A stretch of DNA of 32,000 nucleotides from Acaryochloris marina MBIC11017 (GCF_000018105.1 NC_009925.1:1830001-1862000); one strand, 5' to 3'. Counted from the first letter of the stretch, positions 1-8,570 are shown. Notes: a model not told the origin generated them from the sequence alone. Numbers and translations: made by a program.

Positions 1-1703
1 ATCTCAGCAATGTGGGTGGCGCCAGGAAGGGGCGTATTGGGAAGCAACACTACAAACTCTTCCCCGCCATAGCGGGCTACCATATCCGCAGGACGTTTAA
101 CGCTTTTATCGATGGCTAAGGCAACTTCCTGCAAACAGGTATCTCCCGCCTGATGCCCATAGGTATCGTTATATTGTTTGAAATGGTCTACGTCACACAA
201 AATAATGGACAAGGGCTGTTGTTCGCGCCGCAGTCGCCTCCACTCCTTGTCTAAGGATTCATCAAAGCTACGGCGATTATGGATCGACGTCAGTCCATCA
301 ATGCGGCTGAGCTGTTGTAATTGCTGATTCAGTTGCTTCAGTTTTGCTTCTGCACGATGGCGCTCTTCAATTTCTTGTTGCAGCTGTAAATTACGATCAT
401 AAAGGGCCTGGGTCCTCTCTCGGACTTTGTCTTCTAAATCGGCATTAATGATGGCACGGTCTAAAATACTGCCGGCTTGGGTATTAAAGGCCATCAAAAA
501 GGTCTCATCTGTCTTACTGAAATTTATCCGATACCGCTCCGGCACTTCTCCTCGTCTAGATTCTGCGTTAGCAATACTAGGACGATATTTATTCGCCAAT
601 TGTGCAATGGCGATCAGTTTGCCATGGGCGTTCAGAACAGGCATGCACAACACACTATAAAGGGGGGTATTACACCCAAATTGATGAGTGGATAAGGGCA
701 GATGGTTAAAGGCATAATTCAGGGGGTGCTGAGTCTCCACCAATTTACCCAAAAGCCCTGTCCCTAGAGGAATTTGTTGATGGGGAATATTGGCATAGGT
801 CCACAGCCGATGATGATCTTGATCCACGAGCCACAAAATGGAGTGCTCAGCCTGCATTAATTGTTTGGCTTCCGCCATGATGTGAAGAAGAGTCTCCTGT
901 AGAGATAAGCCGCTTTGGCCTAGCACTTGAGTAGAGGCCATCAATGCATTGGCAGCGCGCTGTTTTTGGGCTGCGGCATAGAACGCTTTAGAACTCTCAA
1001 GTAAAAGACCGATCACTTCTACAAATTCTGCAAAAATTTTCTCATCAGCTGCCCCAAATCCCTGGTGATGAATTCGATCCTGGATGGGAAGGGTGGGATG
1101 TACACCTGGACGGATTTTGTTCAACATTTGGACAACGGCCAGTAGCTGTCCCTGTTGATCTAAAACCGGGATTGCCAATAGGGTATAGGTTCGGTACCCT
1201 GTGCGCCGATCTTGCTTTTTGGCTTCTTCCGAGCGGGGATCATCATAGAAGTCATAGGGAATATTAAGGGTCTCTTGGTGAGTTGCCACGTGACCCGCAA
1301 TCCCCCGATTAGCCGGAAGACGAATTTCAATGGAGTTCGACCCACTCTCTTCTTGGACCATAGACCATAGCTCTTGCTGCTCCGCATCAAACATAAAAAT
1401 CGTGGTTCGATCGGCATCGAGCAGTTCACCTATTTTGAGGGCCATGGAATGGAGTAAGTCATTCAAAACACCCTGGAATCCCTGATCCTCCAACATGCAT
1501 AGGGTTTGATGGACAATGCTGAGTTCCTGTTGGACTTGCTGAACCACTTGACGAAAGGTTTGTTGGGTTAATGGAGCCAACAGTTGCGCAAATCTGCCAG
1601 GTATAGGTTTGGGTTGACCGACTTGCGTCAAAAATTGCGGTGTGTTGTTGGCCGCATGATTAACCGCGAGTTGCTGAGATGAATGTGTAGAAATAGCCTT
1701 CAT
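1..1703 (-). CDS. Diguanylate cyclase with tandem NKFDE-type GAF domains, a coiled coil and a GGDEF domain (partial; C-terminus lies beyond the left window edge)
   Basis: Absent from the ORF track because it is open at the window edge. My reverse-complement translation from the ATG (rc of 1701-1703) runs 567 codons to nt 3 with no stop. There are two GAF-like regions, each with N-K...F-x3-D-E: LNK at 1116-1121 with FGAADE at 1041-1058, and ANK at 588-593 with FSKTDE at 504-521. The GGDEF domain has an RxxD I-site (RPAD, 84-95) five residues before RYGGEEF (GGEEF = 54-68). Confidence 0.85.
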   Translation of the reverse strand, partial: MKAISTHSSQQLAVNHAANNTPQFLTQVGQPKPIPGRFAQLLAPLTQQTFRQVVQQVQQELSIVHQTLCMLEDQGFQGVLNDLLHSMALKIGELLDADRTTIFMFDAEQQELWSMVQEESGSNSIEIRLPANRGIAGHVATHQETLNIPYDFYDDPRSEEAKKQDRRTGYRTYTLLAIPVLDQQGQLLAVVQMLNKIRPGVHPTLPIQDRIHHQGFGAADEKIFAEFVEVIGLLLESSKAFYAAAQKQRAANALMASTQVLGQSGLSLQETLLHIMAEAKQLMQAEHSILWLVDQDHHRLWTYANIPHQQIPLGTGLLGKLVETQHPLNYAFNHLPLSTHQFGCNTPLYSVLCMPVLNAHGKLIAIAQLANKYRPSIANAESRRGEVPERYRINFSKTDETFLMAFNTQAGSILDRAIINADLEDKVRERTQALYDRNLQLQQEIEERHRAEAKLKQLNQQLQQLSRIDGLTSIHNRRSFDESLDKEWRRLRREQQPLSIILCDVDHFKQYNDTYGHQAGDTCLQEVALAIDKSVKRPADMVARYGGEEFVVLLPNTPLPGATHIAE

Positions 1704-2253
1704 ACCAAACCTATACGCAAGACCAGCAGACTGTCAGGTAAGGACCCAAGGCCACCCACCCAGAAACAATCCAGATGAAAGAGTGCTTAATCTAAATCAA
1801 ATAGATATTTTTTAAAGAAAAATTAAATAATTAGTATGTTTAAGAATGTAAATACGAATAGGCCTAGCGTGCCCAATTGGGTCACAGGCTTAACAAGATA
1901 ACGCTGCTATATCGTTCCACCGTTTATCCCAAAAAAACAACATAGACGCCTGGCTTTGGACAAGAAAATGAGTTTTCTGGACTCTAAACAGCGATAAAAA
2001 AGACAAAATCAGAAAGTGCCATCGCTTTCAATCTTATTAATACCCTCAATCCCAGCCCTGATTCGCCATACATCTAGAAATACGAGACTGGGACGCTTAT
2101 CACGACTCTCTTGATGCCAATCAATGAAATGTCGAAAGCTTAGAGAATACTACAGAAATTATCCATTTTCGGAAGTGTGATAGGTGCCACGATTAACGCA
2201 AAACAGAATTCCTGGGATGAGGTCTTCTTCGGAGAAAAAAGATGACCTGACTA

Positions 2254-3012
2254 TCAGCCTGAGCTGGATTTTGAACCTGTAGGCTTGGTAATAATCAGGA
2301 GAGAAAAATAGGGTAGTTCTAAGTCTGGGTACTGCTCAAGATTATGATAGATTTCTTGCTCAGCCGTACTGGCTCGGATGACAATAGAACTCGACTGTAA
2401 GAGGTTGTGCTGTTTTAAAACTTGCCAAACCTGTGGATAAACGCTGCTCACCTTAAACAAGACCACGACATCAGCCCAAGTTAGTGCTTCTGTTAAATTT
2501 TCTAGTCTTTGGAGCGTCGGCAAAATAGCTAATCGATCGCGCTGGTAGGTCAGAGGCACATTCAAGGCTGCCGCTGCCGCCATCGGTGAGCTTATCCCCG
2601 GAATCCGTTGGATAAGCGCTTGGGGATGGAGGTTGATCAGGGTATCAGCGAGATAGGTGAAGGTACTGTACATGCCAATATCGCCTTCACAGGCAAAGGC
2701 AATATCTTGCCCTTTACCAAGAAACTTCCAAACGATTTTTGCCGCTCGCTGCCAGGCCTCGTTCAGTTGTTCAGGCTCCTGAACATAAGGAAAGATTAGG
2801 GGTAAGCGATATTGTGAAGACAACCAAGGGGAAATAATTTGTTCGGCAATTCCAGGCTTACCCTGAAGACCGGCAGGATAGGCAACAATAGGACAATTTT
2901 GTAGACGATTGAGGCCTTTTACACTAATTAAATCTGAGTCTCCAGGACCTACACCAATCCCATATAACGTACCAATCTGAGGGGATATTGCCAAAATAAT
3001 GTTGTCTCCCAA
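2254..3012 (-). CDS. cobI: Precorrin-2 / cobalt-factor-II C20-methyltransferase
   Basis: 252-aa ORF. The N-terminal GTLYGIGVGPGDSDLISVKGL...VAYPAG motif is typical of tetrapyrrole methylases, and the length and layout fit CobI/CbiL. Confidence 0.8.
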   Translation of the reverse strand: MGDNIILAISPQIGTLYGIGVGPGDSDLISVKGLNRLQNCPIVAYPAGLQGKPGIAEQIISPWLSSQYRLPLIFPYVQEPEQLNEAWQRAAKIVWKFLGKGQDIAFACEGDIGMYSTFTYLADTLINLHPQALIQRIPGISSPMAAAAALNVPLTYQRDRLAILPTLQRLENLTEALTWADVVVLFKVSSVYPQVWQVLKQHNLLQSSSIVIRASTAEQEIYHNLEQYPDLELPYFSLLIITKPTGSKSSSG

Positions 3013-3170
3013 TAGTGATAACCAAGTGATGGGGAATCGTCACCAAAGCTTGAGTTTATAGGGTATCTTATCGGCGGTTTGTTCCCAATACAGTCTAGTC
3101 TGGAAGAAAACTAGGGTGATCGGCCCATCTGCAGGGAATATATTCAAGAAAACGTTAGGTCGAACTGGCT

Positions 3171-3821
3171 ATGGTTCTCATTGATGCCTCTCGTTATGCA
3201 GCCTCGCACCAAGAGCAAGTGATGGAGGCGATCCAACAACATCTGCTGTTGGTGAGTGTGCCCTTAGGTTTCGCCCTCTTGATTGGCGGATATGGGGGAT
3301 GGCAATGTGTCTGCTGGTCTAGACAACACTCAACCACACTGCCGCTTGTGCTGCTGAATGTATTTAATGGACTGCGAGTTATTCCGAGTCTGGCCATCCT
3401 ATTTTTGCTTATTCCTATCTTGGGTCTCACCTTTCAAGCTGCGGCTTTTGCCCTCTGTCTATTGGCTATTCCTCCGATTTTATTAGCGACGGAAGTGGGC
3501 TTTAGAACTGTTCCAGCTTCAGTTCGAGAGGTGGGAATGGCAATGGGTATGACTCCGTGGCAACTCTTTTGTCAGGTCGATTTACCCCTTGCATTGCCCG
3601 TCATTCTTTCAGGCGTCAAAACGGCCACCCTAGAAGTGATTGCCAGTGCAACTTTAGCCGCGTTTATCGGTGCTGGTGGGTTAGGTTCATTTATTACCCT
3701 CGGGTTTGCCCTCAATGAACCAGCGATTTTGTTGGTAGGGGCTATCCCAGTTGCTGGGTTGGCGCTTTTGGCAGAAGGGTTTTTAAATCGTTTGCAGCAA
3801 TTACTGCGGTTGCCTGCTTAG
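3171..3821 (+). CDS. ABC transporter permease (osmoprotectant/choline OpuBB/ProW-like type)
   Basis: 216-aa polytopic ORF with the motifs IPSLAILFLLIPILGL, EVGMAMGMTPWQLFCQVDLPLALPVILSGVK and IGAGGLG, characteristic of this permease family. No cognate ATPase or binding-protein gene is adjacent. Confidence 0.75.
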   Translation: MVLIDASRYAASHQEQVMEAIQQHLLLVSVPLGFALLIGGYGGWQCVCWSRQHSTTLPLVLLNVFNGLRVIPSLAILFLLIPILGLTFQAAAFALCLLAIPPILLATEVGFRTVPASVREVGMAMGMTPWQLFCQVDLPLALPVILSGVKTATLEVIASATLAAFIGAGGLGSFITLGFALNEPAILLVGAIPVAGLALLAEGFLNRLQQLLRLPA

Positions 3822-4474
3822 TCATGAATGGTGCCATCTGGCATGGTTGTCCCTTTTAACAAGGCTTCATAAGGATTCGCACGACATAAATTGGCGCGGT
3901 ACAAATTGGCACGGCACAGATTCGCTTTACGCAGATTGGCCTCCAGAAAATTGGCCAAGCCTAAATTCGCTTCAATCAGATTGGCTCCTTCTAAGTTGGC
4001 CTGATTGGCGTTGGCCATATAGAAGTTCACCCGCATCATATTGGCCTGGAAATAATCGGTGAGAGAGTTCTCTGTTGCTTTCAGATTGGCACCGACTAGG
4101 CTCGCTCGTCGGATGATGGCTTTGGATAAATTGGCTTTATGGCATTTAGATTGAGACAGGTTTGTTTTATACAAATCAGCCCCTTCCAAATTGGCGCATT
4201 CCAGATTAGCCGATTCAAGGTTGGCATGGATCAGATCAGCCATTCGCAAGTTAGCCCCTTGTAAGCTGGCTCGCTGCAAGTTGGCTTGCCTGAGATCGGC
4301 CCCTTCCAGATTGGCATAGGTCAAGTTGGCCTGTCCCAGATTGGCTGCTTCGAGGATACATCCACTTAAGTTCGCCCCCTCCAAATCAGGGCGGACCAAA
4401 AGATTTTGTCCTCGCCAATTGTTCCACACTTCAATGCCTTGCTTGATCAAGTCGAGATGTTCTGCATTAGCCAT
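3818..4474 (-). CDS. Pentapeptide repeat protein
   Basis: 218-aa ORF made almost entirely of A(N/D)LxX pentapeptides (ANLGQANLTYANLEGADLRQANLQRASLQGANL...). The DNA shows the expected 15-nt periodicity. Confidence 0.9.
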   Translation of the reverse strand: MANAEHLDLIKQGIEVWNNWRGQNLLVRPDLEGANLSGCILEAANLGQANLTYANLEGADLRQANLQRASLQGANLRMADLIHANLESANLECANLEGADLYKTNLSQSKCHKANLSKAIIRRASLVGANLKATENSLTDYFQANMMRVNFYMANANQANLEGANLIEANLGLANFLEANLRKANLCRANLYRANLCRANPYEALLKGTTMPDGTIHD

Positions 4475-4527
4475 GAGCTAGGACGTTCTCAGTGAGGAGG
4501 GCAAAATTAATGCCGGACGTAGGTAAG

Positions 4528-4794
4528 TTAACGCTTTTTTTTCCGGGAATAACTGGTTTCAATCAGGCCAGACTTCAAAGGTTCGCCTATTTCGCGCTCC
4601 ATACGGATAATTTTGCGCGTTAAGTACTCAATAGTTTGGCGCTTAATCCACCCACGCTCAACGAGGATATCACCAAAACGCATCCCCGTCGCCTCTTGAT
4701 CATTCAAGGCTACATCGACTTGAGATTCAGAGAGTAGTCCAGCGTCAATGAGATAACTTCCCAAGCGCTTAGTTAACGGATCATAGGACAGCAT
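4528..4794 (-). CDS. Stand-alone MshEN / T2SS-E N-terminal-like domain protein (candidate c-di-GMP binding)
   Basis: 88-aa ORF. Residues 10-33 (RLGSYLIDAGLLSESQVDVALNDQ) match the 24-residue MshEN motif RLGxx(L/V/I)(L/V/I)xxG(L/V/I)(L/V/I)xxxxLxxxLxxQ at every specified position if V is accepted at one L position. A 5-residue spacer (EATGM) follows, then a degenerate second copy (RFGDILVERGWIKRQTIEYL). Confidence 0.7.
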   Translation of the reverse strand: MLSYDPLTKRLGSYLIDAGLLSESQVDVALNDQEATGMRFGDILVERGWIKRQTIEYLTRKIIRMEREIGEPLKSGLIETSYSRKKKR

Positions 4795-4999
4795 AAAGGT
4801 ACTATTTGCAGTGAATCGACGTCAATAAATGAGTTTACGGCCTAAACAATTTCTCTCTTTTGGGAAAGAGAAAGATCGATATTCCTAAACCTAAAATGCC
4901 CCTTTTCCCCGATCAAAAGATCACGAGGGCCGATTTCTATTGGTTCCTAACAGCAGGGATGTTGTCTGACTCCTTACAAACGACCTAGAATTTTCAGCT

Positions 5000-5761
5000 T
5001 TACAGGCCGGCTAAGGCGTTATCCATAAATTCAACATTGGCCGTGACGGATTGCACATCGTCTAGATCTTCTAGGGCATCCATTAGGCGAATCAGCGATT
5101 TGGCTTGATCGGGATCTGCGATCGCAACAGACATTTCCCCGATCCAGCGTATTTCAGCATCCAAAATCTGGAAGTCTTGAGCTTTGAGGGCTTCAGTCAC
5201 CGTTTCTAATACAGTTACATCCGTACTCACCTCAGCAATGGCTTGAGCATTTTCTTCCACAAACTCATAAGAGTCCGCCCCTGTTTCGACTAGAGACTCC
5301 AGGAGTTGATCTTCATCAACCGGCCCAAGAATGGAAATAATACCTTGCTGATGAAACATCCAGCCCACGCATCCCGTTTCACCTAAATTACCGCCATACT
5401 TATTGAATGCCGCCCGCAGATCAGCTGCGGTCCGATTGCGATTATCGGTCATTGCCTCAATTAAAAGGGCGACGCCACCAATGCCATACCCTTCGTAACG
5501 AATCTCTTCCCACTGATCGCCTTCCGCATCAAGCTGCCCTGAGCCTTTCGCAATAGCCCGGTCAATATTTTCGTTAGGAATACCGGCAGCTTTCGCTTTA
5601 TCGATCGCAGAGCGCAATTGAAAATTACCGTTAGGATCAGCCGAACCATGGCGAGCTGCCACAATAATAGCTCTGGAGAGGCGAGCAAATACCTTCCCTT
5701 TCTTCGCATCTACCCTTGCTTTTTGCCGTTTAATATTGGCCCATTTACTATGTCCTGCCAT
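5000..5761 (-). CDS. yebC: YebC/PmpR family DNA-binding transcriptional regulator
   Basis: The ORF has the hallmark N-terminus MAGHSKWANIKRQK. I place the start at the ATG (rc of 5759-5761) rather than the upstream TTG used in the ORF track. Confidence 0.9.
   Translation of the reverse strand: MAGHSKWANIKRQKARVDAKKGKVFARLSRAIIVAARHGSADPNGNFQLRSAIDKAKAAGIPNENIDRAIAKGSGQLDAEGDQWEEIRYEGYGIGGVALLIEAMTDNRNRTAADLRAAFNKYGGNLGETGCVGWMFHQQGIISILGPVDEDQLLESLVETGADSYEFVEENAQAIAEVSTDVTVLETVTEALKAQDFQILDAEIRWIGEMSVAIADPDQAKSLIRLMDALEDLDDVQSVTANVEFMDNALAGL
5118..5125. repeat. HIP1 palindrome GCGATCGC
   Basis: Exact octamer read in the sequence. Confidence 0.9.
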
Positions 5762-6017
5762 GCGTAGCCCAAACAATCAATCCTATAGAAGCGGTCACGG
5801 TTTTCATTATGGCACTGCCCAGCCCCCTGAATAGGAGGTGTCAAACCTGCATATTTATTCCTTTTGGAGCAGATAACTGCATAGGGGCAAAGAGACAACC
5901 TCCCCAATGCATTGAACCTTATGAACGGGATGTCAGTTGGATGACGTCACTAGTCGTCGAGGTTAAGGGATAATGGCAGGATGAGTAAATCCAATGGGTA
6001 ACCTACAGATACAGTCC

Positions 6018-6048
6018 CCTCTTTTCTTTAACAGGAAAGAGGTTTGTT
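6018..6048 (+). terminator. Terminator-like hairpin with no upstream + strand gene
   Basis: CCTCTTTTC (6018-6026) pairs with GGAAAGAGG (6034-6042) in 9 bp including one G-U, with a 7-nt loop, followed by TTTGTT (6043-6048). It lies 76 nt upstream of the glycosyltransferase ATG, in a divergent spacer. Confidence 0.3.
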
Positions 6049-6123
6049 ACTGCCATCGCTGGTTCCACCCCAAGATTTAGTCATCACCCATGGCCACACC
6101 AATAGGGACGATAACTGATACCC

Positions 6124-6864
6124 ATGCAGCTAGCTTCTGAGCAACCCAAATCTTTACCCATATTGGGATTAGCAGTCGATATTCTGCCCGACTATACCCA
6201 ATGGTTGGCAGCTCGAATTGCTCAGAACGCAGGACTCCATGTCGTCACACTCAATGCCGAAATGACCATGCAGGCCCGGGAAAATCCTGAGTTAGCTCAG
6301 ATCATTCAAGAGGCAGGTCTTGTGATTCCAGACGGGGCTGGTGTCGTCATGCATTTTCGCCTGCGGGGTCGGAAAATTGATCGTTGTCCAGGGATTGAAA
6401 TGGCTGAGGCCCTTTTACAAGCCTCTAAACAAGAACCTTGGTCCTTTTTCTTCTATGGCGGTACCCCAGGTGTAACGGAACAGGCAGCTCAAAAATGGCA
6501 GCAACAACAACCTACGATCAATATCGTAGGAACACAGCATGGTTTTATCTCTGGCGAAGAAATGGATAATTTTTGCCAGACCCTAAAACAGCTGCAACCT
6601 CAAGTGATTTTTGTGGGTCTGGGGGTTCCCAGACAAGAATTCTGGATAGCCAAGCATCGCCATCTCTGTCCCCATGCCATTTGGGTGGGCGTCGGCGGCA
6701 GCTTTGACATCTGGGCAGAAACGAAAACCCGCGCACCGAAATGGCTCTGTGACAACAATCTGGAATGGGTCTATCGCCTATACCAGGAACCTTGGCGTTG
6801 GCGGCGGATGCTGGCGTTACCACAGTTTGCCTGGTGCTCTTTGATGGACACCCTGAGTAAATAG
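6124..6864 (+). CDS. WecB/TagA/CpsF family glycosyltransferase
   Basis: 246-aa ORF with the family-typical motifs TLNAEMTMQA, VIPDGAGVV, FVGLGVPRQEFW, GVGGSFD, EWVYRL and EPWRW. Confidence 0.8.
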   Translation: MQLASEQPKSLPILGLAVDILPDYTQWLAARIAQNAGLHVVTLNAEMTMQARENPELAQIIQEAGLVIPDGAGVVMHFRLRGRKIDRCPGIEMAEALLQASKQEPWSFFFYGGTPGVTEQAAQKWQQQQPTINIVGTQHGFISGEEMDNFCQTLKQLQPQVIFVGLGVPRQEFWIAKHRHLCPHAIWVGVGGSFDIWAETKTRAPKWLCDNNLEWVYRLYQEPWRWRRMLALPQFAWCSLMDTLSK

Positions 6865-6866
6865 CA

Positions 6867-7631
6867 ATGACCCAAGCGACCTTTTCCACTCGTACCATGT
6901 CTTCGACTTTTAAGCGATTGAAAGCCCAAGTGGACACTCCGGCTCATGCCCATTACACCGTGCAGTTAAAAAACGTTTGCAAGGTATATCCTCAAACGCG
7001 GTTTAACTTATTGGATATTAATTTAACCCTAAAGCAGGGTGACTTCCTATTTGTAACGGGGGCCTCTGGTGCGGGTAAGACCACCCTTATGAAGCTAATG
7101 TATGGGGCAGAACAAGCCGATCGGGGCGAAGTTAGGGTGGTCGGCACGAATGTAGGATTGCTGAAGGGCAATCGTCTGTCCCATCTACGCCGGAAACTCG
7201 GGGTGGTGTTTCAAGACTACAAGCTGATTCCCCGCTGGACCGTGGCTGAAAATGTGGCATTTGTGTTGCGATCCCAAGGGGTTCCCAAAGCAGAAATCGA
7301 CCGACGTCTATATCCCACTCTTAAATTGGTCGGCCTGCAACAACGAGCAGATTGCTTTCCCAGTCAGCTCTCTGGGGGTGAACAACAGCGGGCCAGTATT
7401 GCCCGGGCGATTGTCGGCTCCCCTAAATTGCTATTGGCTGATGAGCCCACTGGGAATTTGGATCAAGACAATGCCTTACAAGTCTTGGGAATTCTCAAGA
7501 AACTGAATAGCCTTGGCATTACAGTGGTAGTAACAACCCACGATATGGGACTGATACAAGCGGTGAAAGCGCCCGTTGCTCAGCTCGATCAGGGGCGTTT
7601 ACAGGTGGTACCCGCAGAACAGGTAATCTAA
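6867..7631 (+). CDS. ftsE: Cell division ATP-binding protein FtsE
   Basis: Walker A GASGAGKTT, ABC signature LSGGEQQR and Walker B LLLADEPTGNLD. It is followed by an FtsX-like gene whose ATG overlaps this stop (TAATG). The true start could be the internal Met at 6897. Confidence 0.85.
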   Translation: MTQATFSTRTMSSTFKRLKAQVDTPAHAHYTVQLKNVCKVYPQTRFNLLDINLTLKQGDFLFVTGASGAGKTTLMKLMYGAEQADRGEVRVVGTNVGLLKGNRLSHLRRKLGVVFQDYKLIPRWTVAENVAFVLRSQGVPKAEIDRRLYPTLKLVGLQQRADCFPSQLSGGEQQRASIARAIVGSPKLLLADEPTGNLDQDNALQVLGILKKLNSLGITVVVTTHDMGLIQAVKAPVAQLDQGRLQVVPAEQVI

Positions 7632-8566
7632 TGCGTTCTCATCCGTTCCAAGTTCCTGAACAACTCAAGGTGGTAGCCACAAAACTCACCTATTTGTTAC
7701 AAGAAACGGGGCGAGGTCTCAAGCGAGGCGGCTGGATGAATTGGGCTGCAATTAGTACTGTGACCGTATTGCTGTTCCTCCTCGGCATCAGCTTGCAAAC
7801 CTCCTGGCAAGTGAGTGGATTACTCAATAATTTAGGATCTCGATTTGAAGTTGCAGTTTATCTAAAGCCAGAGGCCACTGGCACCCAGCTCAAATCCTCC
7901 ATTGCTCAATTTCCCGATGTCTCCAGTATTGAAGTGATTCCTAAAGATGAGGCTTGGAAAGAATTGCTAGCGGACCTAGGCACCACGGATATAGCAGGTG
8001 CCACGGAAGGATTAGGGGAAAATCCCTTGGTCGATGCCCTCAAAGTACAGGCCAATTCTGCAATAGCCGTCCCAAATCTGGCGAAAAAGATTGCGCGTTT
8101 ACGCGGGGTAGAAACGGTTCAATATTTGGACGAAGCCCTGAAAAATCTCACCCAGCTAAATCGAGGATTTAGTCAGATCAGTTTGGGAGTCGTGGCATTG
8201 CTGACGTTGACAGCGATTGCAGTCATCACTACCACGATTCGACTGATTGTCGTGGCTCGGAATCAAGAAATTGAAGTCATGAAATTGGTCGGGGCAACTA
8301 CAAGCTGGATCTATTTCCCTTTTGTGTTGCAAGGGATCACCTTTGGGCTAGTGGGAGCTGTCATTGCCTGGATATTTCTGGTGGTCATCCGACAGCTGAT
8401 GCGCACCGCCTTTGCGCAGCAACCTATTTTTTTACAAACCTTGGGAGAAGGACTACAGCTGAGTCCGTGGCAAGTCGTCGTATTGCCTCTAATTCTGTTA
8501 GGGTTTGGCAGTGTTGTCGGGATTATTGGAAGTCTATTTGCGGTTCGCCGCTTCGCCAGCAAGTAG
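7631..8566 (+). CDS. ftsX: Permease-like cell division protein FtsX
   Basis: 311-aa ORF with one N-terminal TM segment, a large extracytoplasmic loop and three C-terminal TM segments (MKLVGATTSWI motif). It is translationally coupled to ftsE. Confidence 0.8.
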   Translation: MRSHPFQVPEQLKVVATKLTYLLQETGRGLKRGGWMNWAAISTVTVLLFLLGISLQTSWQVSGLLNNLGSRFEVAVYLKPEATGTQLKSSIAQFPDVSSIEVIPKDEAWKELLADLGTTDIAGATEGLGENPLVDALKVQANSAIAVPNLAKKIARLRGVETVQYLDEALKNLTQLNRGFSQISLGVVALLTLTAIAVITTTIRLIVVARNQEIEVMKLVGATTSWIYFPFVLQGITFGLVGAVIAWIFLVVIRQLMRTAFAQQPIFLQTLGEGLQLSPWQVVVLPLILLGFGSVVGIIGSLFAVRRFASK

Positions 8567-8570
8567 CGGC

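Noticed and set aside
427-695. Two + strand ORFs (77 aa and 72 aa) in the ORF track.
   Set aside because: They lie entirely inside the long minus-strand GAF-GGDEF reading frame and have no recognisable motifs. They are shadow ORFs.
2220-2248. A hairpin immediately downstream of the cobI stop, and a similar one at 4854-4871 downstream of yebC.
   Set aside because: The stems are interrupted or AT-rich and lack a 3' U-tract on the minus strand. I cannot support them as intrinsic terminators.
3013-3170. A possible cobalamin riboswitch upstream of cobI.
   Set aside because: The spacer is only about 158 nt and is shared with a divergent gene. I could not find a B12-box-like element on the minus strand.
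3847-4062. A Trp/Pro-rich 71-aa + strand ORF, and a 15-nt DNA periodicity that at first glance looks like a repeat array.
   Set aside because: The periodicity is the coding signature of the pentapeptide-repeat gene on the minus strand. There are no spacer/repeat units, so it is not a CRISPR array, and the ORF is an antisense shadow.
6545-6953. Minus-strand ORFs of 130 aa and 60 aa, and similar antisense ORFs at 8311-8595, 18926-19303 and 22550-22819.
   Set aside because: All are embedded antisense in genes with strong family motifs and have Arg/Cys/Pro-rich shadow composition.
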